This document shows, one piece after another, positions 57,128-64,000 of a DNA stretch of 64,000 bases. The notes under the pieces were generated by a model, which was given only the letters and a program-made list of their open reading frames with translations, did not search any database and had not been told where the DNA came from. The translations under genes were made by a program, and so were the position numbers. How positions within the stretch are numbered: position 1 is the first letter of the stretch; each line of letters opens with the position of its first letter. The stretch is from Candidatus Bathyarchaeota archaeon (GTDB lineage Archaea; Thermoproteota; Bathyarchaeia; Bathyarchaeales; DTEX01), in assembly GCA_963714275.1 (NCBI GenBank), contig CAVQNT010000003.1:1-64000 (forward strand), in the 5' to 3' direction.

Positions 57128-59186
57128 ATGTCTAGTATTAAGAGAAGCCCAGTCTTTATAATAGTTAGTGACAACAAAATGATTGGACACTCTGTATATC
57201 CAAACTACGGAAAAAAACTGTTATTGAAAACCTCTGCAGCGCTACTTCTAGGAATAACTTTGGGAACAATGCTGTTTAGCCTAGGCGGATTATTATCGCC
57301 AATCATCCCTGGACCAATAGTGTTCTCAGGCGCGTCGCCCATGGTGAGGTTCTCATCATACGGCGAACTTAAGACATTTGTCAACAAAACTGGATCAATA
57401 TCTGGGCCATGGAGGTACTTCCTTGACAGCGCCAAAGCAGGAACCGCAACGAATGCACCGGCAGCAGCGGCCGCAGAAGGCGCTTATTCAGCGCCCCGTT
57501 ACTCCCAAACTAATGTTCAAGTTGAGGGAGTAGATGAGGCCGACATAGTGAAGACAGACGGGCAGTACATTTACCTTGTATCAAATGGGAAGGTCTTGAT
57601 TATAGAAGCATATCCAGCTGAAAATGCCAGAGTTGTCGCTGAAATACCGTGGAACGGAACGATTTTCGGATTATACGTCAATGGAGACAGGCTTGTCTTC
57701 TTCGGAGATCAAGGCAGATATTTCATTAGACCAATGCTCGATTTTGCAGCGCCTTGGTACTACGGAGGCTTCGAAACATACATTCAGGTGTATGACATCT
57801 CGGATAGAACAAATCCTGTCCTAGGCTAGGAACGTTACTGTTGATGGTGGTTACACAAACTCCAGAATGATTGGCGACTACGTGTATGTTCTATTGAACT
57901 CACCGGTCTACGTGAAGGAAGACAATGAAGTTTTCCTTCCATCAATAAGCGACAACAGCAAAGTCGAATCCGTCGATGCTACAGACATATACCACTCAAA
58001 CGTTACTGACTACTATTACTCGCTGACAATGATTCTCGCTCTGAATGTCCAGAACGACCAAGAACCAATAGCTCAAGATAATTTTATGCTGGGGTACGCA
58101 AGTTCAATCTTTGTCTCCCTGACCAATATTTATGTTGCAATACCAAAGTATGAGCAAGATGGAACACAGAAAACTGAGGTTCACAAGATACATGTAGACA
58201 ACAGCAAAATAACTTACGAAGCTGCCGGCAAAGTGCCTGGGTACATTTTAAACCAGTTCTCCATGGACGAATACAATGGCTACTTTAGAATAGCGACAAC
58301 AGAATACAATTATGGAGTAGTCTATGAAGATACAAAGAACGGAACAGTAACAGTTACCAAAATCGAAGAACCTACAATCGTGAATAACGTGTACGTTCTA
58401 AACCAGAGCATGGCAACTGTTGGAAGCCTTGAGGGACTTGCTCCAGGAGAAAGAATATACTCTGCACGGTTCATAGGAGCCCGATGCTACTTGGTCACAT
58501 ACGTCCAAGTTGACCCGCTTTTCGTAATAGACCTCAAAAACCCAGAAGACCCCAAAGTGCTAGGCGAACTAGTGATGCCGGGATACTCAAATTACCTACA
58601 TCCGTACGACGAGAACATATTGATCGGCATAGGCAAGAACTCCACTGAAGTACAAGGAGAATGGTGGGGAGCCTATTATCTAGGCGTCAAAATCTCACTG
58701 TACGACGTCAGCGACGTTGAACATCCAAGGATAATAAAGGACCTCATGATCGGTGACAGAGGAACAGACTCAACCGCTTTAACAGACCATAAAGCTTTCC
58801 TGTTCGACAAGGAACTGAACCTTCTTGCAATACCTATCCTGCTTGCAGAGATAGATGAATCAAAATATCCTGATGGAGTCCCATCAACCGCCTATGGCGA
58901 ATACGTGTGGCAAGGACTTTACGTCATGGACATAACCGCGAATGACCTTACACTCAGAGGCACAATCACCCACATAGACAACTTACAAGATGGCTACATA
59001 CTTTGGGAATACCAAATAGAGAGATCTCTGTACATCGAAAACATGCTTTACACCATATCGAACATGAAGATCAAAATAAGTGACCTGACGACCCTTAAAA
59101 CAGTAAACGAAATTATCATTAACAACAGTAGTAGCAATGGCAGTAGCGATGGAAGTAGCAGTGGAAGTAACGGTGGAAGAGAATAA
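57128..59186 (+). CDS. Secreted beta-propeller domain protein (Beta_propel family), frameshifted
   Basis: YSQTNVQVEGVDEADIVKTDG, LNQFSMDEY.G.FRIATT, GERIYSARF, VDPLFVIDL, PGYSNYLHP, DHKAFL. Confidence 0.92.
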
Positions 59187-59342
59187 ACTACCTAAAACGT
59201 TTATAGCCCCTTTTTCTATTTTTTTTAATCCTTAACATGCTTATGAATTGGCAATATGGACTATAGGCACACATTTTTTTATATGATAGGTTCATAAAAA
59301 AGGGAAGGAGTGCCTAGATCATCCTGAGAAGCTAGCTACTTA

Positions 59343-59567
59343 ATTTTAGGTTTATCAACCTTCTATCAGACACCTGAAGAATTGATTTTAGCAAAGTTAC
59401 GCATGATAAAGGCTACGATCCCTAAAGAAAGATCTCTAAAAGACGAAGACGATGTGAAAGCAATCATGAAATTTACCAAAGTAGACATAAATGCCATTAA
59501 GAAAAAGGCAAAAAGAAACAAAACACTAACAATATTAGAAACCATGATGCCTCAATCAATCAGCTAA
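59343..59567 (+). pseudogene. C-terminal relic of a nucleotidyltransferase-like (AbiEii/DUF6036-type) protein
   Basis: ILGLSTFYQTPEELILAKL...R.LKDEDDVKAI (PE.LI..KL...R.KD..D signature). No N-terminal half. Bounded by AGCT motifs. Confidence 0.55.
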
Positions 59568-59748
59568 TAAAAGTCAGCTAGTCGAGTACTGAACCGAGTA
59601 TTGATCTGAAACCATGTAAAATAGATCATATTGAGAATTCTCTCTGCACTATGGCTGCCCTATGCGCATTATCAACCAGTACGACATAAAGCTTAAAAAC
59701 ACTCAGATTACTCTTTGAAACGACCGAAACAAAGGTGATGAAGAAAAT

Positions 59749-61713
59749 ATGGCCACTTGTCAAAATATTCCTCTCATACCTCGGAAAGTGCTTTTCGGTA
59801 ACCCAGACAAAGCCTCGCCCCAACTTAGCTACGACGGGAAGAGGCTAGCATTCCTGGCGCCTGTGAAAGGCGTACTCAACGTCTGGGTTGGTTCTGTCGA
59901 CGACCTTGCAGCAGCCAAACCCGTCACAAAAGACACGTACCGCGGGATACGCATTTACCTCTGGGCTTACACAAACAGGCACATACTTTACCTTCAGGAC
60001 AAGGCTGGCGACGAGAACTGGCGGATCTACGCCACTAGCCTAGACACAGGCGAGACGAAAGACCTCACCCCCTTTGAGGAAGTCCAAGCCAGAATTCAAC
60101 ATTGTAGCCCAAAGTTCCCTGAAAAGATCCTCGTTGGGCTAAACAACCGCGTTCCTCAGTTCCACGACATTCACCAAATAAACATCCTCACAGGTGAAAT
60201 GTCGCTCGTTCAAAAGAACCCAGACTTCTCCGACTTTGTTACAGATGACAATTATAACGTCAGATTTGCATCGCGGTTCACGCCTGACGGTGGAAACGAA
60301 CTTTTCAAGCCGACGGATGATGGCAGTTGGAAGCCGTTTATGAAGATCTCTATGGAGGACTCGCTAACCACAGGTGCTGTAGGGTTTGACAAAACGGGTA
60401 TGATCCTCTACATGGTCGACAGCCGCGACCGAGATACCTCAGCCCTGACAACTCTCAACCTCGAAACAGGCGACGAGACTATGCTGGCTGAGAACCCAAG
60501 TGTAGATGTCAGCAACGTGATGATGCACCCGACAGAGAAGCATGTTCAAGCAGTTTCTTTCAATTACAAACGGGAGAGCTGGCAAGTCCTTGATAACTCC
60601 ATTGAGGGCGACTTTTCGTACCTTATCAAAGTTGCACAAGGCGACATGAACCCCATTAGCCGTACGCTTGACGATAAACACTGGATCGTCATGTACATAG
60701 TGGACAACGGGCCAGTGCACTACTACTACTATGACCGTGCGAAGAAGAAGGCGCAATTCCTTTTTACGAACCGTAAAGAACTGGAAGGCTTGCCCTTAGC
60801 GAAGATGCATCCTGTCATCATCAAGTCTCGGGACGAGCTTGACCTAGTTAACTACTTGACAACTCCTCTAGAAGCAGACTCCGAAGACGATGATATTCCT
60901 GATAAGCCCTTGCCCTTGGTGCTGGTCGTCCATGGCGGGCCATGGGGACGTGACACTTGGGGCTACGACTCTATGCACCAGTGGCTGGCCAACCGAGGAT
61001 ATGCAGTATTGAGCGTCAATTTCCGAGGGTCAACTGGGTTTGGTAAGAAGTTCATTAATGCCGGCAACATGGAATGGGCTGGCAAGATGCACGATGACTT
61101 AATCGACGCCGTGCAGTGGGCCTTCGAGAAAAAGATAGCTGAACCTAAACGCGTCGCAATCATTGGTGGAAGCTTCGGGGGATACGCTACCCTTGTGGGA
61201 CTAACATTCACACCTGAAACATTCGCATGCGGAGTGGACATAGTGGGCCCTTCGAACTTGGTGACACTGCTTAAATCGATCCCGCCTTATTGGGCGCCAC
61301 AGGTCGAATTGTTTAAAAAACGTGTCGGAGACCACACAACGGAAGAAGGCAAAGCGTTCCTTAGAAAACGTTCCCCACTAACCTATGCAAAACGCATCAA
61401 AAGACCACTTCTAATCGGGCAAGGCGCAAACGACCCACGCGTAAAGCAGGCTGAGTCAGACCAAATCGTCAACACAATGCAGAAAAAGGGAATCCCAGTC
61501 ACTTATGTGCTTTATCCGGATGAGGGACATGGGTTCGCAAGACCAGAAAACAGGCTTTCATTTTTCGCTGTCGCTGAAGCATTCCTCGCTAAGTGTCTGG
61601 ATGGAAGATTCGAGCCAGTCGGGAATGACCTCAAAGACTCAACCATCACCGTTCCGGTTGGAACCGAGCACATCTCTGGGCTTTCATCCCTCCTGCCACA
61701 GAATCCTCCGTAA
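59749..61713 (+). CDS. S9 family peptidase (dipeptidyl aminopeptidase / acylaminoacyl peptidase)
   Basis: VHGGPW, NFRGSTGFG, GGSFGGY, NDPRV, DEGHGF. Intact 654 aa. Confidence 0.95.
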   Translation: MATCQNIPLIPRKVLFGNPDKASPQLSYDGKRLAFLAPVKGVLNVWVGSVDDLAAAKPVTKDTYRGIRIYLWAYTNRHILYLQDKAGDENWRIYATSLDTGETKDLTPFEEVQARIQHCSPKFPEKILVGLNNRVPQFHDIHQINILTGEMSLVQKNPDFSDFVTDDNYNVRFASRFTPDGGNELFKPTDDGSWKPFMKISMEDSLTTGAVGFDKTGMILYMVDSRDRDTSALTTLNLETGDETMLAENPSVDVSNVMMHPTEKHVQAVSFNYKRESWQVLDNSIEGDFSYLIKVAQGDMNPISRTLDDKHWIVMYIVDNGPVHYYYYDRAKKKAQFLFTNRKELEGLPLAKMHPVIIKSRDELDLVNYLTTPLEADSEDDDIPDKPLPLVLVVHGGPWGRDTWGYDSMHQWLANRGYAVLSVNFRGSTGFGKKFINAGNMEWAGKMHDDLIDAVQWAFEKKIAEPKRVAIIGGSFGGYATLVGLTFTPETFACGVDIVGPSNLVTLLKSIPPYWAPQVELFKKRVGDHTTEEGKAFLRKRSPLTYAKRIKRPLLIGQGANDPRVKQAESDQIVNTMQKKGIPVTYVLYPDEGHGFARPENRLSFFAVAEAFLAKCLDGRFEPVGNDLKDSTITVPVGTEHISGLSSLLPQNPP

Positions 61714-61808
61714 AATAGCGCGCGCTGTCATGAAACGTTCTAGGTTATTGTCAATTTTTCGTTATGTCTTGGCAAAGAATATAAAGCATTATACGATATT
61801 CATGGTTA

Positions 61809-62658
61809 GTGATGTTCTTGGTTTTTTGTATAAAATGTGGAGCAGAAATAGACGAAAACGCGAAGTTTTGTCCTAAATGTGGCGCAAGTGTATCTGCCAT
61901 TGAGACGCAGAGCGCGTCCATAAAATACGAAATTAAGTATCGACCATCGTATTCTCTTCTCGAGGTTCAGCTACCGAACAACGGTTTCATCACGGCTGAA
62001 GCTGGCGCCATGGTTTACATGAGCAGCAATGTTGAAGTAAAAACCCACACGAGGGTTGAGCGGTCAGGACTTTTAGGCACACTCAAGGTTTCAGTGCTTG
62101 GCGGAGAAACGCTGTTTATCAATGACTTCTTTGCCCGTGGCGGAGATGCCAAAGTCGGGTTCGTTTCAGCTCCGCTTGGCGACATTACACGATTAGAGAT
62201 TAACCAAAACAAGGGATACATCATTCAAAGATCCGCTTACATTGCCTCCACGCCAAATGTTAAACTGGACACTCAGTGGCAAGGTTTCACGAAGGGGTTG
62301 TTTGGTCAGAACCTGTTCATGATTAAGACCCTGGGCGATGGAGACGTTTTCGTGAACACTTTCGGAGCTATAGACAAGCATGATTTGGGACCTGGAGAAA
62401 AGTTGATTGTGGACAACTACCATTTAGCCTGCCCTGAGCACGACTTGCCAGTATCAAGTGCGTATGTTCGGAGGACTCAAGTCCACATTGTTGAGCGGAG
62501 AAGGGCTCATTACGGAAGTGACTGGACCCGGAGAAATCTACGTTCAAACCAAGAACCCTCGCGAATTTGCAGACTGGCTCTGGAGATACATAGGTCCAAA
62601 GGTTCACGGTGCTAGCGCTATTAGCAGTCATGGATATACGCATAAAATACCTCATTGA
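61809..62658 (+). CDS. Zinc-ribbon + TIGR00266/AIM24 family protein, 3' frameshift
   Basis: CIKCG..FCPKCG, AEAGAMVYM, GGETLFIN.F, VDNYHL, SGEGL...TGPG.IY.QTKNP. Confidence 0.9.
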
Positions 62659-62791
62659 TTCTTGCATTCTGCACGTCCACTTTGCTCATTGCTTTTCAAT
62701 ACATTCAATGCAGCAATATCAACGTAGAATTCAAAGCTCTGAATCAATTAGGTGGTGGTGGATTATATTTTAATCAACTAACCAAAACCTA

Positions 62792-62970
62792 TCATAGTTC
62801 TATTCCGAACTTTTCCTTTAATTCTTTTCTACCTTGTTCAGATAGATACCATTTGGTTCCTCTTCCACCTGAACCCTGTTGCTTTAACCAACCTTGTTTT
62901 ACACAGTACTCAAGAAACTTGGCTCCTAACCAAAAGGGATTAATTAGTTTTTCAAACATTTTCCCACTTG
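62792..62970 (-). pseudogene. Winged-helix protein C-terminal fragment
   Basis: LINPFWLGAKFLEYCVKQGWLKQQGSGGRGTKWYLSEQGRKELKEKFGIEL*. In-frame stop upstream. Confidence 0.4.
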
Positions 62971-63476
62971 AATGACCTATCGTTTTTTTATTAAAGGGGT
63001 ATATATCTAAATGATATAAAATTTCATATACCTATAAAAAATTATTAAATTTTACAAATTAGATCTGGATGGAAGCTTTAAATAAGATACTGCCCACGAT
63101 GTTTCCATCCAGATCACCTAATGCATAACAAAAGAATTTCAGAGAACATGATAAATTATTGACTGTTAATATGCACGCTAGATTTTTTTCTTTTTCTTTT
63201 CTCTCTGATATCAATTTCAACAGCTGAGCTAGATAACTAACTGTAGTGCAGATAGCTCGCAGTAAAAATTCATTTTTGTTTCAAATGAGGAAATGATTTG
63301 AAGTCGACTTTTTGTAAAGTTTTGGTAATTCGTCTTGTTATACTGTCATTAATCTTTTTTGTTTATTCATAAATTGTGAAAAGATATTTAAAAAAAACAG
63401 CGCTGTTAACAAAAATTTTTTATAGATATAATGACTAACAATTATCATAATCTTATTAAATAAGAAGGAATCAGAG

Positions 63477-64000
63477 ATGAAAGTAAAAACTAGTATCATG
63501 AAGGAATTTTATACAGCAGCAATCATAATCCTCTTGATATGTAATTTTTCTCTTTTTTTCTTCCTCACAAACGTCTATGAGGTGTATGCGCAGGAAAAAT
63601 ATGATTATTACGGTTATGTTCCAGCGAAAATGTGGCGGTACAATTTGACTGACGAAAATAATCTTACTTCAGGCTGGAGGTTAGCCACAAATTCGACGAG
63701 GACATCTGGGATTACGACAGCTGGGTTGGTGGCAGTCGTGGGTATAGTTAACAGCACTCACGTAAAAGTCTACAGTATGGATAATGGCTCATTGGTTTCC
63801 CAAACAACAATAGACAGCATGCAGAAATATTACGCTGTCTTCAAGAATGGAACCCTTTTTAGAGTTGAAACAGACAAGTTAGCAAACGTTTATCTCCTTA
63901 ATTACGGGTCAGTTCCCGCTTGGAACGCAACTAATGCAGCTGCCGATTCGTTTTATCAGTCAACCAGCGGAACTTACGTTGGGAAAGAGTTTATTTTGTT
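63477..64000 (+). CDS. IgGFc-binding-like surface protein, paralogue 3 (runs off the window; not in the ORF track)
   Basis: MKVKTSIMK..signal..YAQEKYDYYGYVPAKMWRY...SGW...STHVKVY..IDSMQK..NGTLFRVETDK..LLNY..GTYVGKEFIL aligns with paralogues 1 and 2. Confidence 0.8.
   Translation, partial: MKVKTSIMKEFYTAAIIILLICNFSLFFFLTNVYEVYAQEKYDYYGYVPAKMWRYNLTDENNLTSGWRLATNSTRTSGITTAGLVAVVGIVNSTHVKVYSMDNGSLVSQTTIDSMQKYYAVFKNGTLFRVETDKLANVYLLNYGSVPAWNATNAAADSFYQSTSGTYVGKEFIL

Noticed and set aside
59124-59183. 12-bp tandem repeats (AATGGCAGTAGC-like)
   Set aside because: They encode a low-complexity Ser/Gly tail of the beta-propeller protein.
1-64000. Pervasive frameshifts as programmed frameshifting, phase variation or mass pseudogenisation
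   Set aside because: Single-base indels hit unrelated genes, including nadB, whose motifs are otherwise intact. Uncorrected long-read error is the simpler explanation and needs read polishing to confirm. hsdR has so many that real decay cannot be excluded.
1212-64000. Diversity-generating retroelement acting on the surface-protein paralogues or the gene relics
   Set aside because: No reverse transcriptase in the window, and the differences between copies are not adenine-specific.
1-64000. tRNA, rRNA or intact IS transposase / integrase genes
   Set aside because: No cloverleaf, rRNA-like segment, DDE or R-H-R-Y catalytic ORF recognised by eye. tRNAscan-SE and HMM searches would be needed to exclude them fully.

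Overview
A 64-kb archaeal accessory region. TTTAWATA boxes, GTG/TTG starts and the gene families suggest Bathyarchaeia, which is my inference. Single-base indels split many otherwise intact genes. They probably reflect an unpolished long-read assembly, so I merged the fragments. Content: (i) 0.1-6.6 kb, mobile-element debris: two inverted copies of a putative Cas1-solo C-terminal tail, a ~190-bp quasi-palindromic element with core GATTAAATTTTTAACC, and an 11-bp iteron-like array; (ii) 6.6-15.9 kb, catabolic enzymes; (iii) 16.2-32.1 kb, a defence island (HD dNTPase-like, Exo5, type I R-M plus M48 protease, Mrr, NucS/DUF5655, EEP, orphan PD-(D/E)XK proteins, wHTH-YwgA-like-MazF); (iv) 33-56 kb, carbohydrate use (GH5-like, XylA/XylB, GH99, GH127, URO-D-like proteins, MFS) plus nadB; (v) 56-64 kb, secreted proteins and peptidases. 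Three paralogous membrane-anchored IgGFc-binding-like surface protein genes are spread across the window. The most striking unexplained signal is a 4-bp-periodic AGCT/CTAG motif (e.g. CTAGCTCAGCTAACT, TAGCTAGCTAGC). It occurs at about 25 intergenic module boundaries, and at least six gene relics break off at or next to it. This suggests a sequence-directed system for DNA module exchange or deletion. I saw no rRNA, tRNA or CRISPR array. All family calls come from motif recognition, not database searches.
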